A model generated the notes under the pieces. It did no database searches. It had not been told where the DNA came from and was given only the letters and a program-made list of their open reading frames with translations. Shown piece after piece: positions 45,101 to 60,078 of a stretch of DNA of 64,000 nucleotides. Made by a program: the position numbers and the translations under genes. Location: NCBI RefSeq assembly GCF_009914755.1, contig NC_060940.1. The stretch is one strand, 5' to 3'. The DNA is from the human T2T-CHM13v2.0 reference genome, Homo sapiens. Each line of letters starts with the position of its first letter. Within the stretch, counting starts at the first letter, position 1.

Positions 45101-45189
45101 CATTTCATTCCATTCGATGATGATTCCATTCGATTCCATTCGATGATTCCATTTGATTCCATGCGACGGTGAGCAATTCGATTCAATTC
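39104..45189 (+). repeat. Higher-order unit 8 (6086 bp; same 26-bp deletion near 42232)
   Basis: Landmark recurs at 39104 and 45190, with the same deletion as unit 7. Confidence 0.94.
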
Positions 45190-48100
45190 CATGATGATTC
45201 TATTTGATTCAATTAGATGATGTTTCCATTCGAATCCATTCCATGATTATTCCATTGGAATCCATTTGGCGATGATTCCATATGAGTCAATTCAATGATG
45301 ATTCCATATGGGTCCGTTCGATGATAATTCCATTTGATTTCATTCGATGCTTCTATTCTATTCCAGTCGATGATGATTCCGTTGGAGTCCATACGATGAT
45401 TCCATTTGATTTCATTTGATGATGATTCCATTCGATGATGATTACATTGGATTCCATTCTATGATTCCATTCAATTCCATTCGTTGATGATTCGATTCCA
45501 TTCAATGATGATTCCATTTGAGTTCATTCGATGATTCTATTCGATTCCGTTCGATGGTGATTCAATTCTATTATATTGGATGATTCCACTCGATTCCATT
45601 TGATGATTATTCCATTGGAGTCCACTTAGTGAATCCTTTAGATTCTACTCGACGATGATTCCATTCGAGTCCATTCGATGATACCATTCAATTCAATTCG
45701 TTGATGCTTCCATTCAAGTGCATTCGATGATATCATTCGATTCCATTTGATGATAATTCCATTTGATTCCATGCGATGATTCTATTCGATTCCATTCAAT
45801 GATAATTCCATTCAATTCAGTGATTCCTCTGGACTCCATTTGATGATGATTCCATTCAATGATTCCATTCGATTCTATTCGAAAATGATTCCATTTGAAT
45901 CCATTTGATGATGATTCCATTAGATTCCATTTGATGATTCCATTCGATTCCATTCGACGATGATTCCATTCGATTCCGTTTGATGATTCCATTCTATTCT
46001 ATTTGATGATGATTCCATTCGATTCCATTCGATGATGATTGGATTCGATTCCATTGGATGATTTCATTTGATTCCATTCGTTAATGATTTCGATCAATTC
46101 CATTCGATGATTCCATTCGATTCCATTCGATAATGATTACATCCGAGTCCATTCGATGATTCCCTTTGAGCCTGTTCGATAATTCCATTTGAGTCCAACC
46201 AATGATTCCATTCATTTCCATTCAATGATTCCATTCGAGTCCATTTGATCATTCCGGTAGGGTCCATTCGATGTTGATTCCATTGGAGTGCATTCGATGA
46301 TTCCATTCGAGTCCATTTTAGGATTTGATTCGAGTCCTTTCGATGATTCCATTCGATTCCACTCGATGATGATTTCATTCGAGTCCATTCGACACTTCCA
46401 ATCGATTCCATTTGATGATTCCATTCGAGTCCAATTGATGATTCCATTCAATTCCATTCGATGATGATTCCGTACGATTCCATTCTGTGATGATTCCATG
46501 TGATTGCATTCAATGATGATTCCTTTCGATTGCATTCGATTATGATTCATTTCGTGTTCATTCTATGGTTCCACAGGTTTCCATTCGTGTCCATTCCATT
46601 ATTCCATTCTATTCCATTTGATGATGATTCCATTCGATTCCATTCATTGGTGATTCCACTCAATTCCATTCAATGATTCCATTCCATTTCTTTCAACAAT
46701 GATTCCATTAGTTTCTAATCGATGATCCACTTGATTCCATTTGACGACGATTCCATTCTTGTCCATTCGATGATTCCATTTGATTCCATATGATGATGAT
46801 TCCATTCGATTCCATACCATGATGATTCCATTCGAGTCCATTCAATGGTGATTCCATTCAATTCCATTCGATGATTCCTTTTGATTCCATTCGATGATGA
46901 TGGCATTCGATTCCTTTCAATCATTCCCTTTGATTCCATTCAAAGGTGATTTCATTCAAGTCCATTCGATAATTGCATTCGATTCCATTCTATGATGATT
47001 CCATTCGAGTCCATTTGATGATTCCATTCAATTCAAGTCAATGATGATTCCATTCGATTCCATTCGATGATTCCATTGGATTCCATTCGATGATGATTCC
47101 ATTCAAATCCATTCGATAATTCAATTCAAGTCCATTCGATGATGATTCCAATCGAATCCATTCAAAGATTCCATTCAGTTCCATTCGATGATTCCCTTAG
47201 ATTCCATTCGATGATTCCACTTGATTGCATTTACGATGATTCCATTCGATTCCATGTGATGATTCCATTCAATTCTATTCAATGATGTCTCCATTTGATT
47301 CCATTCGACCATGATTGCCTTTGATTCCATTCAATGATTCCATTCGGTTCCGTTTGATGATGATTCCGTTCGATTCCATTTGATGATTCCATTGGATTCC
47401 ATTGGATGAGTCCATTCGATTACATTCGATGATTATTCCATTCGAGTGCATTAGATGATTCCATTCGAGTCCATTCGATGATTCCATTCGATTCCATTCG
47501 ATGTTGATTCTGTTCAAATCCATTCGATGATTCCACTCGATTCCATTCGTTGACTCCATTTGATCCCATTCGATGATTTCCTTTGATTCCCTTTGATGAT
47601 CATTCCATTTGATTCAATTCGGTGATTTCATTTGATTCCATTCAGTGATGTTTCCATTCGACTCCATTCGATGATGATTCCATTCGACTCCATTCGATTA
47701 TGATTTCATTCAATTCCATTCGATAATGATTCCCTTCGAGTCCATTCGATGATTCCATTCGATTCCATTCAACGATGATTTGATTCGTGTCCATTCGATG
47801 ATTCCATTTGATTCCACTTGATGATGATTCCATTCGAGTCCATTTGATGATTCCATTCAATTCCATACTCCGATGATTTCTTTTGAGCCCACTCAATGCT
47901 TCCACTCGATTCCATATGATGATGACTCCATTCGATGAAATTCGATGATGATTCCATTCGCTTGCTTTCGATGATGATTCCACTTGAGTCCGTTAGAAGA
48001 TTCTATTCAATTACATTCCATGACGATTCCGTTCGAGTCCATTTGATGATTCCATTAGACTCCATTCGACGATGATTCCATTCGATGTTATTCGATGATT

Positions 48101-51100
48101 CCATTCGATCTCATTCGATGATGATTCCATTCAACTCCATTCGATGTTTCCATTCGAGTTCATTCTATTATTCCATTAGATTCCATTCGATGATGATTCC
48201 ATTCGATTCCATTTGATGATTGCATTCTATTTCATTTGATGATGATTCCATTCGAGTCCACTCGATGATTCCATTCGAGTCCATTTAATGAATCCATTGG
48301 TTTCAATTCTATGATGATTACATTGGATTCCATTCGTTGATGATTTCATTCGGTTCCATTCAATGATGATTCCATTCAATTCCTTTCAATGTTTCCATTC
48401 AATTCCATACGATGATGATTCCATTTGATTTGATTCGACAGTGAGCCATTCGATTCAATTCCATGATGATTCTATTTGATTCAATTGGTTGACATTTCCA
48501 TTCGATTCCATTCGATGATGATTCCCTTTGATTCCGTTCAAAGATGATTCCATTCTAGCCCATTCAATCATTCCATTCGATTCTATTCAATGATGATTAC
48601 ATTCATGTCGATTTGGTGATTCCATTTGACTTCATTTGATGATGATTCCTTTCAAGTTCATTAGATGATTCCATTCGATTCCATTTGATGATGATCCCAT
48701 TCGAGTCCATTCAGTGATTCCATTCGTTTCCATTCCATGATGATTCCATTCCTTTCCATTCAATGATTCCATTCGATTCCGTTTGATGATGATTTCATTC
48801 GAGTCCATTTGATGATTCCATTTGATTCCATTCGATGATGATTCCATTCGAGTCCATTCGATGATTCTATTCGAATCCATTTGATGATTTCTTTTGATTA
48901 TATTTGGTGATGATTCCATTGGAGTCCATTCAATGATTCCATTCTATTCCAATCGATGATGATTCCATTAGAGTCCATTTAATGATTCCATTTGATTCCA
49001 GTCTCTGATGATTACATTCGAGTCCATACGATGATTCCACTCAATTCCATATGATGATGATTCCATTTGATTCCATTCGGTGATTCCATTCTATTCTATT
49101 CAATGGTGATTCCATTCGAGTACATTAGATGATTCCATTCGTTTCCATTCAATGATGATTCTATTTGTGTCCCTTAGATGATTCCACATGATTCCATTAG
49201 ATGATGATACTATTTGAGCCCATCCAATGATTCCCTTCGATTCCATTCGATGAGGATTCCATTCGATTCAATTCATTGGTGATTCTATTCAATTCAATTC
49301 TTTGATTCCATTCCATTCCATTCGACAATGATTCCATTCGATTTCTTTCGATGATTCCACTCGATTCCACTTGACATTGATTCCATTCGATTCCATTCAT
49401 TGATTCCATTTGATTCCAGTGGGTGATGATTGCCATCGATTCCATTCGATCACTCCATTCTATTCCATTTGATGATGATTACATTCGATTCCATTTGATG
49501 ATTCCATCTGATTCTATTCGAGGATTCCATTTGATTCCATTCGATGATGATTCCATTCGAGTCCATTCGATGATTTCATTCGAGTACATCCAATGATTCC
49601 ATTCGAGTCCATTAGATGATTCCATTTGATTCCATTTGAAATTGATTCTACTAGAGTCCATTCAATGACTCCATTCGAGTCCATTCAACAATTCCATTCG
49701 ACTCCATTCGATCATTCCATTCGATTCCATTTGATGGTTCCATTCGAGTCCATTTAATCATTACAGTCGAGTCCATTTGGTGATTCCACTGGATTTCTTT
49801 TGATAATGATACCATTCAATTGCATTTGATGATGATCCCATTCAATTTCATTTGATGATGATTCCATTAGAGTCCATTCGATGATTTCATTCGAGTCCCT
49901 TCATTGATTCCATCCGATTTCATTGGATGATGACTCCATTCGAGTCCATTCGATGATTCCACTCGATTCCATTAGATGACTCCATTGGAGTCCATTTGAT
50001 TGTTCCATTCGATTCCATTCGATTCCTTTCGAAGATTATTCCATTTGAGTCCATTCGATGATGATTCCATTCCATTCCATTCGATGATTCCGTTTGATTC
50101 CATTCGATGATTCCCTTCGATTCCTTTCTTTGATGATTCCATTCCATTCCATTCAATGATTCCATTCGAATCTATTCCATGATGATTCCTTTCGATTCCA
50201 TTCGCTGATGTTTCCGTTCAATTCCATTCGATGATGATTCCATTCGATTCCATTCATTGAGGATTCCATTTGATTCCATTCAATGATGATTCCATTCTAT
50301 TCCATTCAATGATTGCATTCAATTCCATTCAATGATTATCCCATTAGAGTAAACTCAACGATTCCATTCAATACCATTCGATGATGATTCCTTTTGAGTC
50401 CATTCAATGATTTCATTCAAGTCCATTTGATGATTCCTTTCAATTCCATTCTATGATGATTCCATTCGAGTCCATTCGATGATTCCATTCGATTGCATTC
50501 GATGATTCCATTATATTCCATTCAACGGTGATTCCATTCGAGTCCATTCCATGATTCCATTAGAGTACATTTAATGATTGCTTTGTTTTCAATTCGAAGA
50601 TGATTACATTGGATTCCATTCTATGATACCATTCGATTCCATTCAATGATGATTCCACTCAAATCCATTGGATGATTCCATTCGTGTCCATTCGGTGATT
50701 TCATTAGATTCCATTCGAGGATGATTCCATTCGATTCCATTCGATGATTCCATTCAATTCCATTCGATGATGATTCCATTCCAGTCCATATGATCATTCC
50801 ATTTGATTTCATTCGATGATGATTCCATTCGATTCGATTCGACGATTCCATTCTATTCCATTCGATGATGATTCCATTCGAGTCCATTCGATCATTCCAT
50901 TCGAGTCCATTTAATGATTCCATTGGGTTCAATTCAATGATGATTACATTGGATTCCGTTCTATGATTCCATTCAATTCCGTTCATTGACAATTTGATTC
51001 CATTCGATGATGATTCCATTTGAGTTCATTCGATGATTCTATTCGATTCTCTTCGATGGTGATTCAATTCTATTATATTGGATGATTCCATTCGATTCCA

Positions 51101-51301
51101 TTTGATGTTGATTCAATTCGATTCTATTCGATGATGATTCCATTGGATTTCACTTGATGATTCTATTCGATTCCATTCAATGATGATTCACTTCTCGTCC
51201 ATTGGATGATTCCATTTCATTCCATTCGATGATGATTCCATTCGATTCCATTCGATGATTCCATTTGATTCCATGCGACGGTGAGCAATTCGATTCAATT
51301 C
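45190..51301 (+). repeat. Higher-order unit 9 (6112 bp)
   Basis: Landmark recurs at 45190 and 51302. Confidence 0.95.
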
Positions 51302-54300
51302 CATGATGATTCTATTTGATTCAATTAGATGATGTTTCCATTCGAATCCATTCCATGATTATTCCATTGGAATCCATTTGGCGATGATTCCATATGAGTC
51401 AATTCAATGATGATTCCATATGGGTCCGTTCGATGATAATTCCATTTGATTTCATTCGATGCTTCTATTCTATTCCAGTCGATGATGATTCCGTTGGAGT
51501 CCATACGATGATTCCATTTGATTTCATTTGATGATGATTCCATTCGATGATGATTACATTGGATTCCATTCTATGATTCCATTCAATTCCATTCGTTGAT
51601 GATTCGATTCCATTCAATGATGATTCCATTTGAGTTCATTCGATGATTCTATTCGATTCCGTTCGATGGTGATTCAATTCTTTTATATTGGATGATTCCA
51701 CTCGATTCCATTTGATGATTATTCCATTGGAGTCCACTTAGTGAATCCTTTAGATTCTACTCGACGATGATTCCATTCGAGTCCATTCGATGATACCATT
51801 CAATTCCATTCGTTGATGCTTCCATTCAAGTGCATTCGATGATATCATTTGATTCCATTTGATGATAATTCCATTTGATTCCATGCGATGATTCTATTCG
51901 ATTCCATTCAATGATAATTCCATTCAATTCAGTGATTCCTCTGGACTCCATTTGATGATGATTCCATTCAATGATTCCATTCGATTCTATTCGAAAATGA
52001 TTCCATTTGAATCCATTTGATGATGATTCCATTAGATTCCATTTGATGATTCCATTCGATTCCATTCGACGATGATTCCATTCGATTCCGTTTGATGATT
52101 CCATTCTATTCTATTCGATGATGATTCCATTCGATTCCATTCGATGATGATTGGATTCGATTCCATTTGATGATTTCATTTGATTCCATTCGTTAATGAT
52201 TTCGATCAATTCCATTCGATGATTCCATTCGATTCCATTCGATAATGATTACATCCGAGTCCATTCGATGATTCCCTTTGAGCCTGTTCGATAATTCCAT
52301 TTGAGTCCAACCAATGATTCCATTCATTTCCATTCAATGATTCCATTCGAGTCCATTTGATCATTCCGGTAGGGTCCATTCGATGTTGATTCCATTGGAG
52401 TGCATTCGATGATTCCATTCGAGTCCATTTTAGGATTTGATTCAAGTCCTTTCGATGATTCCATTCGATTCCACTCGATGATGATTTCATTCGAGTCCAT
52501 TCGACACTTCCAATCGATTCCATTTGATGATTCCATTCGAGTCCAATTGATGATTCCATTCAATTCCATTCGATGATGATTCCGTACGATTCCATTCTGT
52601 GATGATTCCATGTGATTGCATTCAATGATGATTCCTTTCGATTGCATTCGATTATGATTCATTTCGTGTTCATTCTATGGTTCCACAGGTTTCCATTCGT
52701 GTCCATTCCATTATTCCATTCTATTCCATTTGATGATGATTCCATTCGATTCCATTCATTGGTGATTCCACTCAATTCCATTCAATGATTCCATTCCATT
52801 TCTTTCAACAATGATTCCATTAGTTTCTAATCGATGATCCACTTGATTCCATTTGACGACGATTCCATTCTTGTCCATTCGATGATTCCATTTGATTCCA
52901 TATGATGATGATTCCATTCGATTCCATACCATGATGATTCCATTCGAGTCCATTCAATGGTGATTCCATTCAATTCCATTCGATGATTCCTTTTGATTCC
53001 ATTCGATGATGATGGCATTCGATTCCTTTCAATCATTCCCTTTGATTCCATTCAAAGGTGATTTCATTCAAGTCCATTCGATAATTGCATTCGATTCCAT
53101 TCTATGATGATTCCATTCGAGTCCATTTGATGATTCCATTCAATTCAAGTCAATGATGATTCCATTCGATTCCATTCGATGATTCCATTGGATTCCATTC
53201 GATGATGATTCCATTCAAATCCATTCGATAATTCAATTCAAGTCCATTCGATGATGATTCCAATCGAATCCATTCAAAGATTCCATTCAGTTCCATTCGA
53301 TGATTCCCTTAGATTCCATTCGATGATTCCACTTGATTGCATTTACGATGATTCCATTCGATTCCATGTGATGATTCCATTCAATTCTATTCAATGATGT
53401 CTCCATTTGATTCCATTCGACCATGATTGCCTTTGATTCCATTCAATGATTCCATTCGGTTCCGTTTGATGATGATTCCGTTCGATTCCATTTGATGATT
53501 CCATTTGATTCCATTGGATGAGTCCATTCGATTACATTCGATGATTATTCCATTCGAGTGCATTAGATGATTCCATTCGAGTCCATTCGATGATTCCATT
53601 CGATTCCATTCGATGTTGATTCTGTTCAAATCCATTCGATGATTCCACTCGATTCCATTCGTTGACTCCATTTGATCCCATTCGATGATTTCCTTTGATT
53701 CCCTTTGATGATCATTCCATTTGATTCAATTCGGTGATTTCATTTGATTCCATTCAGTGATGTTTCCATTCGACTCCATTCGATGATGATTCCATTCGAC
53801 TCCATTCGATTATGATTTCATTCAATTCCATTCGATAATGATTCCCTTCGAGTCCATTCGATGATTCCATTCGATTCCATTCAACGATGATTTGATTCGT
53901 GTCCATTCGATGATTCCATTTGATTCCACTTGATGATGATTCCATTCGAGTCCATTTGATGATTCCATTCAATTCCATACTCCGATGATTTCTTTTGAGC
54001 CCACTCAATGCTTCCACTCGATTCCATATGATGATGACTCCATTCGATGAAATTCGATGATGATTCCATTCGCTTGCTTTCGATGATGATTCCACTTGAG
54101 TCCGTTAGAAGATTCTATTCAATTACATTCCATGACGATTCCGTTCGAGTCCATTTGATGATTCCATTAGACTCCATTCGACGATGATTCCATTCGATGT
54201 TATTCGATGATTCCATTTGATCTCATTCGATGATGATTCCATTCAACTCCATTCGATGTTTCCATTCGAGTTCATTCTATTATTCCATTAGATTCCATTC

Positions 54301-57300
54301 GATGATGATTCCATTCGATTCCATTTGATGATTGCATTCTATTTCATTTGATGATGATTCCATTCGAGTCCACTCGATGATTCCATTCGAGTCCATTTAA
54401 TGAATCCATTGGTTTCAATTCTATGATGATTACATTGGATTCCATTCGTTGATGATTTCATTCGGTTCCATTCAATGATGATTCCATTCAATTCCTTTCA
54501 ATGTTTCCATTCAATTCCATACGATGATGATTCCATTTGATTTGATTCGACAGTGAGCCATTCGATTCAATTCCATGATGATTCTATTTGATTCAATTGG
54601 TTGACATTTCCATTCGATTCCATTCGATGATGTTTCCCTTTGATTCCGTTCAAAGATGATTCCATTCTAGCCCATTCAATCATTCCATTCGATTCTATTC
54701 AATGATGATTCCATTCATGTCGATTTGGTGATTCCATTTGACTTCATTTGATGATGATTCCTTTCAAGTTCATTAGATGATTCCATTCGATTCCATTTGA
54801 TGATGATCCCATTCGAGTCCATTCAGTGATTCCATTCGTTTCCATTCCATGATGATTCCATTCCTTTCCATTCAATGATTCCATTCGATTCCGTTTGATG
54901 ATGATTTCATTCGAGTCCATTTGATGATTCCATTTGATTCCATTCGATGATGATTCCATTCGAGTCCATTCGATGATTCTATTCGAATCCATTTGATGAT
55001 TTCTTTTGATTATATTTGGTGATGATTCCATTGGAGTCCATTCAATGATTCCATTCTATTCCAATCGATGATGATTCCATTAGAGTCCATTTAATGATTC
55101 CATTTGATTCCAGTCTCTGATGATTACATTCGAGTCCATACGATGATTCCACTCAATTCCATAAGATGATGATTCCATTTGATTCCATTCGGTGATTCCA
55201 TTCTATTCTATTCAATGGTGATTCCATTCGAGTACATTAGATGATTCCATTCGATTCCATTCAATGATGATTCTATGTGTGTCCCTTAGATGATTCCAAA
55301 TGATTCCATTACATGATGATACTATTTGAGCCCATCCAATGATTCCCTTCGATTCCATTCGATGAGGATTCCATTCGATTCAATTCATTGGTGATTCTAT
55401 TCAATTCAATTCTTTGATTCCATTCCATTCCATTCGACAATGATTCCATTCGATTTCTTTCGATGATTCCACTCGATTCCACTTGACATTGATTCCATTC
55501 GATTCCATTCAATGATTCCATTTGATTCCAGTGGATGATGATTGCCATTGATTCCATTCGATCACTCCATTCTATTCCATTTGATGATGATTACATTCGA
55601 TTCCATTTGATGATTCCATCTGATTCTATTCGAGGATTCCATTTGATTCCATTCGATGATGATTCCATTCGAGTCCATTCGATGATTTCATTCCAGTACA
55701 TCCAATGATTCCATTCGAGTCCATTAGATGATTCCATTTGATTCCATTTGAAAATGATTCTACTAGAGTCCATTCAATGACTCCATTCGAGTCCATTCAA
55801 CAATTCCATTCGACTCCATTCGATGATTCCATTCGATTCCATTTGATGGTTCCATTCGAGTCCATTTAATCATTACAGTCGAGTCCATTTGTTGATTCCA
55901 CTGGATTTCTTTTGATAATGATACCATTCAATTACATTTGATGATGATCCCATTCAACTTCATTTGATGATGATTCCATTAGAGTCCATTCGATGATTTC
56001 ATTCGAGTCCCTTCATTGATTCCATCCGATTTCATTGGATGATGACTCCATTCGAGTCCATTCGATGATTCCACTCGATTCCATTAGATGACTCCATTGG
56101 AGTCCATTTGATTGTTCCATTCGATTCCATTCGATTCCTTTCGAAGATTATTCCATTTGAGTCCATTCGATGATGATTCCATTCCATTCCATTCCATGAT
56201 TCCGTTTGATTCCATTCGATGATTCCCTTCGATTCCTTTCTTTGATGATTCCATTCCATTCCATTCAATGATTCCATTCGAATCTATTCCATGATGATTC
56301 CTTTCGATTCCATTCGCTGATGTTTCCGTTCAATTCCATTCGATGATGATTCCATTCGATTCCATTCATTGAGGATTCCATTTGATTCCATTCAATGATG
56401 ATTCCATTCTATTCCATTCAATGATTGCATTCAATTCCATTCAGTGATTATCCCATTAGAGTAAACTCAACGATTCCATTCAATACCATTCGATGATGAT
56501 TCCTTTTGAGTCCATTCAATGATTTCATTCAAGTCCATTTGATGATTCCATTCAATTCCATTCTATGATGATTCCATTCGAGTCCATTCGATGATTCCAT
56601 TCGATTGCATTCGATGATTCCATTATATTCCATTCAACGGTGATTCCATTCGAGTCCATTCCATGATTCCATTAGAGTACATTTAATGATTGCTTTGTTT
56701 TCAATTCGAAGATGATTACATTGGATTCCATTCTATGATACCATTCGATTCCATTCAATGATGATTCCACTCAAATCCATTGGATGATTCCATTCGTGTC
56801 CATTCGGTGATTTCATTAGATTCCATTCGAGGATGATTCCATTCGATTCCATTCGATGATTCCATTCAATTCCATTCGATGATGATTCCATTCCAGTCCA
56901 TATGATCATTCCATTTGATTTCATTCGATGATGATTCCATTCGATTCCATTCGATGATTCCATTCTATTCCATTCGATGATGATTCAATTCGAGTCCATT
57001 CGATGATTCCATTCGAGTCCATTTAATGATTCCATTGGGTTCAATTCAATGATGATTACATTGGATTCCGTTCTCTGATTCCATTCAATTCCGTTCATTG
57101 ACAATTTGATTCCATTCGATGATGATTCCATTTGAGTTCATTCGATGATTCTATTCGATTCTCTTCGATGGTGATTCAATTCTATTATATTGGATGATTC
57201 CATTCGATTCCATTTGATGTTGATTCAATTCGATTCTATTCGATGATGATTCCATTGGATTTCACTTGATGATTCTATTCGATTCCATTCAATGATGATT

Positions 57301-57413
57301 CACTTCTCGTCCATTGGATGATTCCATTTCATTCCATTCGATGATGATTCCATTCGATTCCATTCGATGATTCCATTTGATTCCATGCGTCGGTGAGCAA
57401 TTCGATTCAATTC
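51302..57413 (+). repeat. Higher-order unit 10 (6112 bp)
   Basis: Landmark recurs at 51302 and 57414. Confidence 0.95.
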
Positions 57414-60078
57414 CATGATGATTCTATTTGATTCAATTAGATGATGTTTCCATTCGAATCCATTCCATGATTATTCCATTGGAATCCATTTGGCGATGAT
57501 TCCATATGAGTCAATTCAATGATGATTCCATATGGGTCCGTTCGATGATAATTCCATTTGATTTCATTGGATGCTTCTATTCTATTCCAGTCGATGATGA
57601 TTCCGTTGGAGTCCATACGATGATTACATTTGATTTCATTTGATGATGATTCCATTCGATGATGATTACATTGGATTCCATTCTATGATTCCATTCAATT
57701 CCATTCGTTGATGATTCGATTCCATTCAATGATGATTCCATTTGAGTTCATTCGATGATTCTATTCGATTCCGTTCGATGGTGATTCAATTCTCTTATAT
57801 TGGATGATTCCACTCGATTCCATTTGATGATTATTCCATTGGAGTCCACTTAGTGAATCCTTTAGATTCTACTCGAAGATGATTCCATTCGAGTCCATTC
57901 GATGATACCATTCAATTCCATTCGTTGATGCTTCCATTCAAGTGCATTCGATGATATCATTCGATTCCATTTGATGATAATTCCATTTGATTCCATGCGA
58001 TGATTCTATTCGATTCCATTCAATGATAATTCCATTCAATTCAGTGATTCCTCTGGACTCCATTTGATGATGATTCCATTCAATGATTCCATTCGATTCT
58101 ATTCGAAAATGATTCCATTTGAATCCATTTGATGACGATTCCATTCGATTCCATTCGACGATGATTCCATTCGATTCCATTTGATGATTCCATTCTATTC
58201 TATTCGATGATGATTCCATTCGATTCCATTCGACGATGATTGGATTCGATTCCATTTGATGATTTCATTTGATTCCATTCGTTAATGATTTCGATCAACT
58301 CCATTCGATGATTCCATTTGATTCCATTCGATAATGATTACATCCGAGTCCATTTGATGATTCCATTTGAGCCCGTTCGATAATTCCATTTGAGTCCAAT
58401 CAATGATTCCATTCATTTCCATTCAATGATTCCATTCGAGTCCATTTGATCATTCTGGTAGGGTCCGTTCGATGTTGATTCCATTGGAGTGCATTCGATG
58501 ATTCCATTCGAGTCCATTTTATGATTTGATTCGAGTCCTTTCGATGATTCCATTCGATTCCACTCGATGATGATTTCATTCGAGTCCATTCGACACTTTC
58601 AATCGATTCCATTTGATGATTCCATTCGAGTCCAATTGATGATTCCATTCAATTCCATTCGATGATGATTCCGTACGATTCCATTCTGTGATGATTCCAT
58701 GTGATTGCATTCAATGATGATTCCTTTCGACTGCATTCGATTATGATTCATTTCGTGTTCATTCTATGGTTCCACAGGTTTCCATTCGATGACGTTTCCG
58801 TTCGTGTCCATTCCATTATTCCATTCTATTTCATTTGATGATGATTCCATTCGATTCCATTCATTGGTGATTCCACTCAATTCCATTCAATGATTCCATT
58901 CCATTTCTTTCAACAATGATTCCATTAGTTTCTATTCGATGATCCACTTGATTCCATTTGGCGATGATTCCATTCGTGTCCATTCGATGATTCCATTTGA
59001 TTCCATATGATGATGATTCCATTCGATTCCATACCATGATGATTCCATTCGAGTCCATTCAATGGTGATTCCATTCAATTCCATTCGATGATTCCTTCCG
59101 ATTCCATTCGATGATGATGGCATTCGATTCCTTTCAATCATTCCCTTTGATTCCATTCAAAGGTGATTTCATTCAAGTCCATTCGATAATTGCATTCGAT
59201 TCCATTCTATGATGATTCCATTCGAGTCCATTTGATGATTCCATTCAATTCAAGTCAATGATGATTCCATTCGATTCCATTCGATGATTCCATTGGATTC
59301 CATTCGATGATGATTCCATTCAAATCCATTCGATAATTCAATTCAAGTCCATTCGATGATGATTCCAATCGAATCCATTCAAAGATTCCATTCAATTCCA
59401 TTCGATGATGATTCCCTTAGATTCCATTCGATGATTCCACTTGATTCCATTTACGATGATTCCATTCGATTCCATGTGATGAATCCATTCAATTCTATTC
59501 AATGATGTTTCCATTTGATTCCATTGGACCATGATTGCCTTTGATTCCATTCAATGATTCCATTCGGTTCCATTTGATGATGATTCCGTTCTATTCCATT
59601 TGATGATTCCATTTGATTCCATTGGATGAGTCCATTCGATTACATTCGATGATTATTCCATTCGAGTGCATTAGATGATTGCATTCGAGTCCATTCGATG
59701 ATTCCATTCGATTCCATTCGATGTTGATTCTGTTCAAATCCATTCGATGATTCCACTCGATTCCATTCGATGACTCCATTTGATCCCATTCGATGATTTC
59801 CTGTGATTCCCTTTGATGATCATTCTATTTGATTCAATTCGGTGATTTCATTTCATTCCATTCAGTGATGTTTCCATTCGACTGTATTCGATGATGATTC
59901 CATTCGACTCCATTCGATTATGATTTCATTCAATTCCATTCAATAATGATTCCCTTCGAGTCCATTCGATGATTCCATTCGATTCCATTCAACGATGATT
60001 TGATTCGTTTCCATTCGATGATTCCATTTGATTCCACTTGATGCTGATTCCATTCGAGTCCATTTGATGATTCCATTC
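57414..60078 (+). repeat. Partial, more divergent unit 11 (unit positions ~1-2670; 23-bp deletion near 58140, 16-bp extra near 58789, 3-bp extra near 59405)
   Basis: Colinear landmarks (GGGTCCG, CCACAGGTTT, GATGGCATT) with many more substitutions. Homology stops before the expected CCATACTCCG. Confidence 0.88.
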
